Position numbers and translations under genes: made by a program
Shown: one piece after another, positions 12,095 to 24,899 of the stretch
Layout: every line of letters starts with the position of its first letter
How positions within the stretch are numbered: the stretch's first letter is position 1
Assembly (NCBI GenBank): GCA_963514005.1
Contig: OY740814.1
Span: 10,168,001-10,232,000 of the forward strand
Origin: Raja brachyura
Lineage: Eukaryota
DNA length: 64,000 nt
Reading direction: 5' to 3'
Notes under the pieces: model-generated
What the model saw: only the letters and a program-made list of their open reading frames with translations
Told to the model about the DNA's origin: nothing
The model's database searches: none

Positions 12095-13564
12095 CAAGAA
12101 CGGTACTGGTGAATTCCAGTTCTGCCTTCAAAAGAAGTAACGAAAATATACTGTTAAAGCCCATTATGGGTTAACCCTGCTATTTGTGTTATTTGTAATA
12201 CCGGAAGGGTTGCCTTCTGGTGTGGTCTCACAAATCACCCAATACAATTCCACAGCCTCTTGAGAAACCATGCGGAAGCAGCTCCAGGCTCTTGGCTCTA
12301 ACGTCACTCCAAAGACGTGCAAGTATGTCTTGGTGTAAATGTAAAACTAAACTAAATTAAACTAAGGTCAAGTCAATCGAGTTCATTGCAATTTGTAAAT
12401 GTATCGTGAGGTACAGGTACAATGAAGATCTTGTTTGCAGCAGCATCACAGATACATAGATGCACATGAAAACATAAATTACATATAAATGCTACAAGAC
12501 AGTGAAAAGAAAAAGACTGATCAGATGCAATGACCTCGTGCTATGGTAATATGTGGATCACTCTCAGAGCCAGCAATATTGGTGGTAACCTGGAATATGA
12601 CACTGTTCAGAGACTTGGACTTGTTAATATGTTGATGTTTCATGAATAGTGAATGTCAACAATTTCACAAATAGGAGCTCAGCTTTAGAATTAGAAGACT
12701 AAAACAGAGAGCAAATGGTGCCCAACGATGAAAAGGGGAGGGTTAACAGCTGAAATGTAGAGAGGAAGACCACCCGATGTTTCAAAAGTACCAAGGATGA
12801 CCCACAAGTAGAGGTCCCTATGGAAAGGAGTGGACAGTCATACTCGTTTCGAGTGACCACCAATTATGATGACCAAGGATAGCCTGTATCCCACTATATT
12901 CTCCACACTAGAGTGATGGACCCCTGTCCCTGTTATACATCCATGCTCCAAATCCTGACAGCTTTAAAAAGTATATACATGGCCCCTCTTTCCATTATGT
13001 TAGCGTTCACAGCCCTCGTTCAGATTTTGCAGTGTCCACACATTTTTCGACCCTAAATGTCTTTTTTGAGTGTCCCCAAACCCTATCATGTGACTCATGG
13101 GATGAACCCAAATGTTCTTCAAGTTTCTGATGGTACTCCTACCTAGGATATCTCCAAATAATGCTGCATCTGATAGTGATCCACATATTGCCATAGCATG
13201 AGGCAATTGCTTATGTGTTGGCTCCAGACTAACCAATCCCTGTGCTACTGAATATACTACTTTCAATAAATTGCTGTTTTAAATTCTCCGACTGCCTTGG
13301 ACCAATACCGTGGAAATTAACCAGAAATCTGAGAGGTGAGTCAAGTGAGCTAATGATTTGAAGTTGGTAATTTAAAATGGTAGGAACATATTTGTATTAC
13401 TATTGCTTTGTAATAAATAGAGACATCTTTTTACTTAATTGGTAAGAAGAGAGGGAGCTGTGTCTTGCAAATTGAAAGCTGCTAATTAGAAAATGTGGTT
13501 CAGAAGATCAAGAAATATTGTTGGAAGAATGGAAATGAGAATTGAATTAGTTGACGTGATAAAC

Positions 13565-15268
13565 TTTCAATTCAATTCAATTCAATTCAATTCAAGTTTA
13601 ATGTCATTGCACAAATACAAGTATAGGTACAACGAAATGCAGTTTAGCGTCATTCTTAGTGATAGCGATATAAAAAAATAAATACAGAGTGCAGTGGTAG
13701 CAGTACGGAAATAAATAAATACAGGGTACAGACAAGTCTATCAGCTGGGCTCCGAGTTCAGCAGTCTGATGGTGTAGTTGAAGAAGCTGTTCTTCGTCCT
13801 ACTGGTGCGGGACCTGAGGTTCCTGTACCGCCTCCCTGATGGGAGGAGGGCAAACAGTCCATGGTTAGGGTGTGAGGGGTCCTTGATGATCTTCCCGACC
13901 CGCTTCAGGCACCGTTTTCGGTGGAGGGCATCCATGGCAGGGAGCGGGGCACCGATGATGTACTGGGCGGTTTTCACCACCCGTTGTAGTGCCTTCCTGT
14001 CTGCCACGGTGCAACTGCTGTACCATACCGTAAAGCAGGTGGTCAGGATGCTTTCAATGGTGCAGCGGTAGAAGTTCGTCAGGATCCGGGGGGACAGGTG
14101 GGCTTTTTTGAGCCTCCTCAGAAAGTAAAGGCGCTGCTGTGCCTTTTTGATCAGCTTTGAGGTGTTGAGGGACCAGGACAGATCCTCCGAGATGTGTACC
14201 CCGAGGAATTTGTAGTTGGAGACCCTCTCCACCTCAGTCCCGTTTATATGGATGGGGGTGTGTCTGCCCCCTCTGTTCTTCCGAAAGTCAACAATTATTT
14301 CCTTCGTCTTCTGGGAGTTGAGGACGAGGTTATTGTTGGCACACCAGGTAGTCAGGTGCTGGACCTCCTCCCTGTAGGCTGATTCGTCATTATCTCTGAT
14401 CAGTCCTACCACCGTGGTGTCATCGGCAAATTTTATGATGGCGTTGGAGCCATACTTGGGGATGCAGTCATGCGTGAAGAGGGAGTAGAGGAGAGGGCTG
14501 AGTACACAGCCCTGTGGCAAGCCGGTGTTCAGTGTTATAGTGGAGGAGGTGAGGTTGTTGACCCTAACAGACTGTGGTCTGTTAGTGAGGAAATCCAGTG
14601 TCCAATTGCAGAGGGAGGTGGAGATGCCAAGACCGCTAAGTTTGGTGATCAAGCTAGCGGGTATGACAGTGTTAAAGGCGGAGCTGAAGTCAATAAACAG
14701 CAGCCTGATGTAGGTGTTGTTGCTGTCCAGGTGGGTCAGGGCAGAGTGTAGGGCCGCCGATATGGCGTCCTCTGTAGACCTGTTTGTCCGGTAGGCAAAT
14801 TGGTGGGATGTGGGAGGGATGCTGGCTTTGAGGTGAGCCAGGATCAGCCGCTCAAAGCACTTAGCGATGACAGGGGTGAGTGCCACTGGCCGGTAGTCGT
14901 TGAGGCTCCCTGTCGCTGAGTGTTTGGGCACTGGCACAATGGTAGATGTCTTGAGGCAGGTGGGGACGACACCCTGGGCCAGTGACAGATTGAAAATGTC
15001 AGTGAAGACCAGGGATAGTTGTCCAGCACATGCCCTGAGCACCCGCCCGGGGATGCCATCGGGGCCGGCAGCTTTGTGCTCATTCACCTTGCTCAGTGCG
15101 TCTTGTACAGCAGAGGTGGAGAGACTGAGGGGTTGTTCATTCGGGGGTGGAGCAACTTTAATGGCTGGAGTTCTGTTGTCCCGGTCAAAGCGAGCATAGA
15201 AGTGGTTTAGCTCGTTAGGGAGGGAGGCGTTGTCTGGGGGGGGGGTGTTGATTTTATGGTAGTCGGCC
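13565..15268 (-). mobile_element. Young 5'-truncated Rex1/Babar-clade non-LTR retrotransposon
   Basis: (TTGAA)n 3' tail at ~13565-13595; candidate TSD ATAAAC (13559-13564 and 15269-15274); GC- and CpG-rich relative to flanks. Confidence 0.88.
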
Positions 15269-15270
15269 AT
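13741..15270 (-). CDS. Reverse transcriptase ORF (509 aa) of the Rex1-like element, without endonuclease
   Basis: Uninterrupted ORF with [41 protein letters not shown] and QRLYFLRRL motifs. Confidence 0.9.
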   Translation of the reverse strand: MADYHKINTPPPDNASLPNELNHFYARFDRDNRTPAIKVAPPPNEQPLSLSTSAVQDALSKVNEHKAAGPDGIPGRVLRACAGQLSLVFTDIFNLSLAQGVVPTCLKTSTIVPVPKHSATGSLNDYRPVALTPVIAKCFERLILAHLKASIPPTSHQFAYRTNRSTEDAISAALHSALTHLDSNNTYIRLLFIDFSSAFNTVIPASLITKLSGLGISTSLCNWTLDFLTNRPQSVRVNNLTSSTITLNTGLPQGCVLSPLLYSLFTHDCIPKYGSNAIIKFADDTTVVGLIRDNDESAYREEVQHLTTWCANNNLVLNSQKTKEIIVDFRKNRGGRHTPIHINGTEVERVSNYKFLGVHISEDLSWSLNTSKLIKKAQQRLYFLRRLKKAHLSPRILTNFYRCTIESILTTCFTVWYSSCTVADRKALQRVVKTAQYIIGAPLPAMDALHRKRCLKRVGKIIKDPSHPNHGLFALLPSGRRYRNLRSRTSRTKNSFFNYTIRLLNSEPS

Positions 15271-16229
15271 AAACGTTAACAGACATGAACCCTTTCAAAC
15301 AATGTAGTTAAATCTAGGGACATTACAGAAAAAATCCTGTGGATACTACAAATCTGAAATAAAACTAAAATGCTGGCAGCACTATGTTAAAATAAACTGG
15401 AAATCTTGGGGATCAAAGAGCCTTTGTTAAAATGCTGCCCTCGACAGTGGCACCTAGTTTATGGATATGAAGTACCACTGGAAAGCAAGGTATTTATTGC
15501 ACTTGAAGATGGCATTTATCTGTTTCAGGAACTGCTGCAGATTGTGTGCTAATGCATACAGTGATTTATTTCCAAGTTAAAAAGATGTGTAATTGAAGCT
15601 CGTGGTGTTCCCAGGCATCAGCTGCTATTCCTCCAGAGATAAAGGTTTCAAATAAACAGAGATAATGTCCAAAATATTTAGATAGCACCTGTGAAAAAAG
15701 AAACAGTTAAATCAAATCAAATCCAGTTTGTTGTCATAAGCACAAGCGAGGTGAGATGCAGGTACAATGAAAATCTTGTTTGTAGCAGCATCATAGGCAC
15801 ATACATTCAGACAAACACATACAAATATAAATTACTCATAAATTGCACATAACATTCTGCAGGACAGTAAAAAGATAAAATACTATCAAAAAAACATTAG
15901 TGTAAAACACAGTTAGAAAGAAAAACATGGTAATACAAGAGATGGTCCGTGGTTTTCCATTGTTGGCATCTATGTTTATAGTTTATATGATGGGCTGTTT
16001 CCTCTGGGATGGGAGAGGGAGATCCTCGTGGTTTGCACAATATTGCAAAATGACGCACTTCCTAGACTTTTGCTGGCAGCAAATTGAAAGATCAACTCAA
16101 TTAGTCACCCTTCATTGTTCAATTGCTCAGCAATTATCTTGAAAGTTAACTGATGTTTTTTTTGTTCACCTCTTCAGGCAGGACATTCCAGATAATTATT
16201 AACAGCTCTGAAAACAAAATGTGCTCATT

Positions 16230-17100
16230 TTCGTTAAGCATATTAATCTGACTTCTATTCGCTAACTCAACCATTGATAGTGACAGTTCCGTTTATTTAT
16301 TTGATCTCAACCCCTCACAATTATCAACATTTATATGAAATATCTCTTTAAGCTTATCTAACATAGGAAGATTAACCGCACCTATTTGGCATCTCCACAT
16401 AACTGAGTCTCTTAAGAATCGTTATCAACTCATTGGAGGTGTCAATTTTTCATATGTCCCAGGAAACCTGGGGTGCTCGATGGTTAAGGCCCACTAGAAA
16501 TGACCATTGGTAAATCTAGATGTTCAAAGTCTTATTTGCAGAGGAGTGCTTTGTCCAAGCTCAATTTAAATCCTTCAGTTTGTTCGTAATGTGTATAGGA
16601 TAGTGTTAATGTACGGGGATTGCTGATCCAAGACTGAAAGCTCAATCTGGGTATTGGGATCGATTTCAAATGATCTGGTATCTCAAAGTGCTTTAATTTA
16701 ATCTCGGCAAGTTTGGTTATAAATGCTAATCTCTTAATACTTTCTCTTTTACTATGTTTATCTAATTTTATATTCCTCAAAGTTTCTTTGAATACAATAT
16801 AGTCACCATCACTCATTTTAATGAAGACAGATCCAAACTATTGACGCCAATAGTAACCTTCTTGATATTTAAAAGAACTCTTTCCTTGGTTATCTTCTTA
16901 CTGCTTATGGACATGCATGGATTTTCTTTGCTTTTTTCGGCAATATATTTTCCCTTTATTTGCTTGCCAGATTTCCCTTTTTGGTTGCAGTCTAATTTTT
17001 CCGGCTTTGTTCTGTCAGATATGAGCTTCCTTGTTATCCATATCCTACTTTCTAGGTATATTGCCATTTAGGGACACATTAGAATTAGTTAATAAGGAAA
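16230..17100 (-). mobile_element. Very decayed CR1 ORF2 remnant
   Basis: ORF fragments KENPCMSISSKKITKERV and a decayed SPG-PRxL context at ~16460. Confidence 0.5.
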
Positions 17101-17667
17101 TTGCAAAGGAAATAGGCTGGCATTTGAGCAATGCAGCGTTTTAATAAACTGTGATACTATGTCAAGAAATCTGGTCTACCCCAGCCCATTATTTATTTTT
17201 TATATAGAATTTATTTTCATCAAAAAGTAAGTCAGAAATGATGTTAAATAGCACTTAATGGACAGTTTATTTAATTTGGTCAGAACTAATGCATTCATGG
17301 CCAAATACTAAGCTGTGGACTTTATGATTACAGTAGTCAAGTGCAAAGTAGAAAGTTAGAAATGACTATTCAAAGTGTAGCAACTAAACTATGGGTCATT
17401 AATTATATTAATGGGCTATAGTTTTTCAAATTAGTTAATTTTCTGTGTCTTGTTCTGACATAATAAGTTAACACAAGGCGATTAAGTGGTTCATTGTCCA
17501 TTCATTTGTCAGACTTTGAGGTTAAATTCATCCAAGACTGAATGCTCAATTGTATCTGCTGGATACTGGGCTCGATTTCAAATGACCTGGTATCTCAAAG
17601 CGCTATCATTTAACGATCCCTTAGTGAAAACTGTTTCAATCTTGGCGGCAGTTGTGTATCGACATAT

Positions 17668-17970
17668 GGGGCGGCACGATTGCGCAGCGGATGAGTTGTT
17701 TCCTTACAGCGCCAGAGACTCGGGTTCGATCCTGTCTGTATGGAGTTTGTACATTCTTCCTGTGACCGCGTGGGTTTTCTCCTGGTGCTCCGGTTTCTTC
17801 CCACACTCCAAAGACGTACAGGTTTGTAAGTGAATTGGCCTGGTAAAAATTGTATAAATTGTCCCTAATGTGTATAGGATAGTGTTAATGTACGGGGATT
17901 GCTGATCGGTGTGGACTCATTGAGCCAAAGGGCCTGTTTCTGCGATGTATCTCTAAACTAAAAACTAAAA
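17668..17970 (+). mobile_element. tRNA-derived V-SINE (HE1-like)
   Basis: tRNA head with A box and B box (GGTTCGATCC), V domain (GGAGTTTGTACATTCT..CTCCGGTTTCTTCCCACA), CR1-like 3' end and (CTAAA)n tail. Confidence 0.9.
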
Positions 17971-18734
17971 GCTGCAATCAGGGAAGCAAATGAAGGGCCA
18001 GCCATCCTTCCACCCCCTTCCTCAATTCCTCCAAAAGACCCTGACTTCAGTGCGGCCATAAGCCAGTTGACAACAAAAGAATAGCAGGAAGACTTTCAAC
18101 TGCTCTGAGCTCTCCTTCCATCACAGTCCACATCATATCATTCCTGTACCACCACCACAGTGAGAAGGATTATCACTATAAATAAATGTTAAATTACCCT
18201 AAAAGTAGATATCTAGATGGTTCTTAATCTTCCAGTTTCGGTACAATGCTAGATGTTAATTTAAAATGTCTTTTTAAAAAAAAAGCTGAAAGGGTAAGTC
18301 AATATTTGTTTATAATTGCTGTGTGAAAAATTAAGGTATTTAGCTCACTGGGATACAAATGGTAAAGATTGAAAACTGGAGTTACACGATCAGTTAGTCA
18401 CAGTTGGAATAAAAAGACAATCGAATATTTCAGTTGGATTCCTTTATCAAATTAAACTAAACCGAACTCATTTAGATGTAGATGTAGACTTGTATTAATA
18501 CAACTTGTCTGTAAAATTGTCTATTTCCAGCCTTTGATGTTTCCAAATGTGTATGATGTAATCAAGTGAGCCTCATATTATTAATTCCCAGCACAGGAGA
18601 TTGGTATTCATTATGAGGATTGTGCCTGACAATTTGCAGCAATACTCTGCTTTCAGCTTCATAGTGTTTTTTTCCATTGCTGCATTCTACTGCTGACGGT
18701 ATGTAATGCTAGTAAACTTCACGCCACATAGGAC

Positions 18735-19060
18735 ACGGTATGAATATTGATTTCTCTAACTTCAAGTAACCTTTGCATTCCCTCTCTCTGTCCGTCCATC
18801 ACCCTAGTTGTACAACTAGTTTCACTGTCCTCCTGATTAATTTTACTGATTGTATGCCTCATCATCTTCCCCTCAGCTGACATTGAACCATTCTACATTT
18901 CCTTGAACATCGTCTGCTTTGATCTGTCATTTTCACACTTTTCCCTTCCACATCTCTAGTCCCCCTCTCCCCCGACTCTCAGTCTGAAGAAGGGTCTCAA
19001 CCCAAAACGTCACCCATTCCGTCTCTCCAGAGATGCTGCCTGTCCCGCTGAGTTACACCA
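18735..19060 (+). mobile_element. Penelope-like pLTR fragment
   Basis: GMNIDFSNFK* ORF end plus CTGAAGAAGGGTCTCAACCCAAAACGTC; close match to 61320-61640. Confidence 0.82.
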
Positions 19061-20049
19061 CATAGGAACCTTGCGATTGACGTAATTGGCAGGTACCAAT
19101 TATTAAACAGTTCATCTACAACATAATTCTCGACAAACCTGTTTCCTAAAAGATTCCTGTGACTTTCATCATTGCAGTACTTCCTTTGTTTTCAGGTTTA
19201 AAGGGTTCACTGCCCTTTGGCTCAGTATTTCCTGACTTGTATACAGGCTGTGCAGCTTCTGTTCCCGTTTTGTCACGGTCAGGAACTATTGCCTGATTTA
19301 TTATATTCTTTCAGGCCTGATTGATGTGATATGTGTGTTTATTATCCATTATTAATTTCCCCTGAGAATGTGATGATGAGTCCCCTCTTTGAACAGCAAC
19401 AGTCTCCGGTAAAACTCCTTACACAGAGCTGTTGGGTAGGGATTACCATGATTTAGACCAACACTTGTCAAGTGGAGGGTGTTCCTTTATAGACTTGTGC
19501 CTTGTAGATGGGAAAAATGTTTGGAGGTGTTAGGAGGTGCTTCATTTACTCCAGGTTACAAAGTCTCTGACCTGCCCTTGTGGCTACAGTGTTGATGTGG
19601 CTGATCCACAAGAATATTGAGAATTCCACCACAGGAAGGATATGGATACTTTTGGAGACAGAGCAGACGAGGTTATCAAGATACAGACTAATTATCAGGA
19701 GGGGTTGGATAAATTGGAGACTGAGGAGAAACCTGATAGAAGATTATAACATTATGAGAGGCAATCTTTATCTCAAAGTGAAAATGTCAAATGTTAGAAG
19801 GGATAGATTAATAGTGAAAAGAGGGAAAGTTTAAAAGAGATGTGCGAGGCAAGTTTTTTGGAGAATGGCATTTAGGAGGTTTTTGAATAGGCACGTGTAC
19901 ATGTAATTATGCCAGGAGACCCAGAATACACACACAGACACTAGTCGATTGTAGCAAGGCTTGAATGCTATGATGGGATACAAAGTGAAGTTGGGCAGAA
20001 TCATTTGTCGCATTGTTCCTTGCCCAGCTTAATGCATTCTATACTCATT

Positions 20050-21200
20050 TTGAACAAAAGATGAGTGGAATGCCATCACCCACTCCCAACACCCTCAGGT
20101 ACACATGTACCCACAGACACCATTGAACACATTGGATTTGCCTTTCCGAGTGAATCCTCAGAAAGTGACTGGCCCGGATGGAGTACCCAGTCGTGACAAG
20201 TTGGCAGGAGTAGTCACAGACATCTTTAACCTCTCCTGACTCCTACTTGCTTTATGAAGAAACCCTTTGTCAGACTCCTATTTATTGACTATAGCTCTGC
20301 TTTCAATGTCATAATTCCTAATAAACCCGTTTCCAAACCCCTGGACCCAACACCCACTCTGAAACGGAATCGTCAACATTCTGACCTGTAGACAGCAACA
20401 TGTAAGGGCATGCAATGAATTATCTTCCATGATAATGCTCTACATCGATGGCCCACAAGGCTGTATTCTAAGCCCCTTACTGTATTCCCCATATACTCTT
20501 AAATGTCTGGCCAAATTCTGCTCTAACTGCATTTACAAGTTTGCAGATGACACTAGTGAGCCAGATCTCAAACAATGACGCGACAGGAAGGAGTCGAAGA
20601 GCTTAGCAGCATTGCGTCAAGACAACCGCCCCTCTTCTTGAGGTCTGTGATGACAGTGGTGCCCTCGTTTAGGTTGGCCGCTGAGTCCTCAAATATAGAC
20701 CAGCTCACTGACTCAAAAGCAGTGAGTCACGTCCATTGACTGTGCTATAGATTCAGAGGGTTTCTGAATTCACTGGTTGGACCCTATGGCATCCTCTGGC
20801 AAGGTAAGAGGCGGAGGGTTCTTCTTCTTAATCAACACCTTGCGGTGCTCAAAGGAGGTGATTTGTGTGAGTTTAGAATTGCTTCCTGGACCTATAATAA
20901 CTAATGACGAAGAGCTGTCTCTACTATCTGCTATGGGAAATTTATTTGGTTATCCTGCTATCGTTTACACCGCAATGCTGTACACCGCTGGCAATAGCCT
21001 TGAAACAATGTACCCCGAGGCCTTGTTCATCATAACCGGGAATGTCAACCAGGTCAACTCTAAGACTCTGGTACTAAAATCCTATCGACAAGTCTCCTGT
21101 CCCACTAGAGGTCCAAACACCATCAACCACTGATGCACAACCATCAAACACACCTATCGCTCCATATACAGTGGCAAATCAGTGGGCACAGGCTTCCATG
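20050..21200 (+). mobile_element. Decayed Rex1-like fragments (RT part, then endonuclease part)
   Basis: 20050-20620: GPDG, DYSSAFN, PQGCILSP, KFADD. 20777-21133: GGG, IITGNVNQ, VSCPTRGPNTINH. Confidence 0.75.
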
Positions 21201-23184
21201 CAGTAAAGCAACCCTTCATAATTATCCTTTATCTTCTCTCACCAGACCAATTTTGAATCTTATTTGCCAACGTGCCGTGGATGCCATGGACCTTTAACCT
21301 TCAGAACATTCGCCGCTGTCGGACTTTATCAAAGGTCTTACTGATATCATGTAGACTACATCAACTGTGCTCCTTCATAACCATATTTTGTTTCCATAAA
21401 AAATACAATCAAATTGGCCAGATGCGATCTCTCCTCAACAAAGCCATGCTTGCTGACTTTGACTAATCTCTGCCTTTTAAATGTAATCAATCATCTTCTT
21501 GCGAATGAAGCATAAACCAAAGGAATAGTTAGATCTCAAGCCGGGTGTTGAGCAGCCAGGTTATTGTCTCTGCATCAATGTCTGCCAGGCCCTGAGCTCC
21601 ATTTGGTGGGCGGTAGAGCGGACAGCCAGAGATGACATGGTTGGCTATAATCAATCATGTTTCTTAATACATATTTTCCAATAATTTCCCTACTATTGAT
21701 TTTAGATACAAAGGTCTGTAGTTACCGGCTTTATCCCTGCTGCCCTTCTTGAATAAAGGCACCATGTTGGGTGTCCAACAGTCATCTGGCTCCTCACCTG
21801 TGGACAGAGAAGATTTTAAAATCTTTTTGGACTCCCACCAACTTCCCACTGGCCTCCTAGAAGCCAGAGATAGACGACATTTCAGGATTTATGCACTAAC
21901 ACACCTAATACCTTTTTAATGCTTACAAGCTCTACATGTTCAGTTTCCCTCTGGGAATTGTGTTGTATTCGGGGCTTCCACTACATTTCATACATTAGAC
22001 CATCATATAAATGACAGGCATTTGTAGGGTTAGTTTTGCCATATCAACTGCTGTTAACACATTGTGAGGCATGTTATTTTCCAGGCTGCCTTTAGTCAGA
22101 GAGTTGAATTTGAGACCCAGTTCAACTTGAAAGTAAATTGTTGCTGGAGAGAACTTTGATAATAATTGCAATTGCAGTTAATGCCTTACTTCAAACGCAC
22201 CAATACTCAAATATACAGAACGTTCCAAGCTGTAAATTGAGACCTTGGTTTATTTCTCAAATAATGAATCTCTAAAATAAATCTTTCCCGTCTTTATTTT
22301 GCTTACTAGGCGGTGAAACTATTAGCGTAAGTGCCAGTTCGCTTGTACTTGGTTGGAGCCCAAGGTATCTCAGCATCTCTGCTGTTGATAGATAAATGTC
22401 TGTTGTAATTTTTTCTAGCTGATAGGAATCTTGAAAATTCAGCAAAAGGCAATTTTATTCAGTCTATGCACCCTTATTAAATGTCTGTTGACAGTGCTTG
22501 CTAAACAGCTTATCGGTGTACCGTTAGCGACTTAAAATATTTATTGTGTAGGTTGGCAAATGCACAAGACAGTATTTATGCCATAACTGTCTTCATAGAG
22601 CCTCTGGATTTCCATCAGACCTCAGTCCTTGTTTGGTTGTGAGCCAAGGAGTAGGAATTCTAGCTGATCTGTTTTCCACTGCTCTGTTTTGCTGAAGGCT
22701 GAAGCCAGATTTCAGGAAGACTGCAGAGAAAATGCTCCTAAACCCAAACATTTAGAGAGTGTGGCAAGGAGAATACGGCTCTGTTGCCAAATTGGTTCAA
22801 TCATGCATGTTTTGACATTTTGATTAATTTACTTCTACATTTTGTCTGCATTGCATTTTCCTACAGACTTTGCCAGAGTGAGATGGTGTAGACTCAGATC
22901 ATCAAAAATCCTTATTACACTTTTATTTTCATCTGGTTGTGGAATGTGATTTTATCCTCAAATGAGGGGAGCAAAACAGAGATGGGACTGGAAGCCAATC
23001 TTTTATTATGTGGAGTACAGTGTGGTGTAGCCAGGTCCGGAAAGAAGAGAGCTAGGCAGCTATGAACGGGAGCTTAGTTTCTGCACTGGCAAAGAGAAAA
23101 TAATATAACTAAGTTTACTTTCAGGAATAGGAAATGGAAATTAAGGAGAATTAAGTAAAATAACAAAAAAAAACTATTGCATTA

Positions 23185-23451
23185 GGGCAGCACTGTGGTG
23201 GAGTGGTAGTGTTTCTGCCTTAAAACACCAGTCACCCGGGTTCGATCCTGATTACGTGTGCTGTCTGTAGGGTGTTTGTACATTCTCCCTGTGACCCCAC
23301 GTGAGTATTCTCTGGGTGCTCTGTTTACCTCTGTAAAAGCATGTAGGATAGAACTTTGTGTACAGGTGATTGTTGGCCAGTATGCACTCGGTGGGCCGAA
23401 ATGCCTGTTTTCATGCTTCTATTTTCCGTATTTCCAAAACTAAAACTAAAA
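23185..23451 (+). mobile_element. HE1-like V-SINE
   Basis: GGGCAGCAC..GGTTCGATCC head, partial V domain, (AAAACT)n tail. Confidence 0.85.
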
Positions 23452-24899
23452 CAGACTTATTGAAGGTGCAGGATGATATTTGAGATTAGCTGGGTTGATT
23501 CGATGGCATGTCTTTGATCAAGAATGGACCACAGTTTACACTTTGTGGTCCTGCGATTGCCCAGAGGCTCCCCTGCCCTTGGTCTCCAGCAGGTTTGTAA
23601 CCATGGGCAAAGGCTCTTCCAAAAGGCATGTAGGCTGCCTGCTGCCAGGGCACAGTTTCTATTCATCGGAGCAATGGCACCATTATGGAGAAAGTGCAAG
23701 TAATTGTGGTGGTTACAAATATAAGGCTATTTCGACTTTGGGTCTGTAGGGAAAAATACAAAATTAAAGGCTTTTTATCTGAACCAAACTGAAACTTAAA
23801 AACTAGACATAATAATGAGCCCAATCCAAGCTATCTTAGTGGTGGTTGGAAAGATTGGATAAAATAGTCCAGGGCATTTACCGTAATTTCTTGGAGAGAT
23901 TTGCAAAATGGAAAAGGTTGGCTCTGATGAAGGAGGGGGAGAGAGAGATAGAGAGAGAGAGAAAAAGGTAAGAGCAGAAGTAGGCCTTTTGATTGCATGA
24001 ACCTATTCCACATTTATCTGGTTCTGGAGTCCTCAGGAACACATCCAGTGTGCCAAGCCCTATAGGAGTTGTATAATATCAAAGTTATCTTATTTTGTTA
24101 TTCTAAACTCCCCAAAATACAGGAATAATCTACTCAATCTCTAGTTCACAGCAAACCTCCCATAGAGTTATAGCGCTATACATCATAGAAACCTTCTCTT
24201 CGGCACACCTTGTGCATGTCAAACCAAGTTGGTATCCCGAGCAAGTCCTATTTGCCTGCATTTCACCCATAGCACTTTAAATCTGTCTATCCATATATCT
24301 ATCCAAATGTCTTTTGAAATATCCCATCTCTAGAAGTATTCTAGTGCTTCACTCCCTCCGTGGCAAGTACATGTCTGTTTAAGAAAATATGTCAAAACCA
24401 TACACAGTACTCCAGGCGTGGTCTCAACAAAGCCCTATGTAATTGCAATGTGGCATATTTGATCCTGCACTCATATCTGCTTGTAAAAACGAAAAATTTG
24501 CTTCCCCGTTGCTTGCTGCATCTGGATGTTGGCTTTCTGTGACTTGTATACATGGTGCTTAACTCCCTTTGAACAAGAACATTACCCAATGTATCACCAT
24601 TTTTTTTTAAAAACCTACTTTTTTTTAGATTCTAGCACCATCCCTATCACTGATCGTGGAAGCTGGCTGTGTGGAGTGTGCATGTCTTCCCTGGGGTCTT
24701 GTAGGTTTCTATCAGGTATTTTGGTTTCCTTACATACCAAAGATGTGCTGGTAGATTATTTGGCTACCTTTTGGGTGAGTGGGTGGCTGGAGAATCAGTG
24801 GGCTCCTGTATGATCCTCTCCATAAGCAAATGGGCTCATCTAATCCCACTGGTAGCTATGTTGTATTAAAACATAATTTAATTGTTATTCTTGCACTGC

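Noticed and set aside
12700-13340. Possible solo LTR (AATAAA, donor-like GGTGAGT)
   Set aside because: No confident TG..CA ends, TSD or second copy.
17668-17740. tRNA gene
   Set aside because: The A/B boxes belong to a SINE head and continue directly into the V domain; no cloverleaf.
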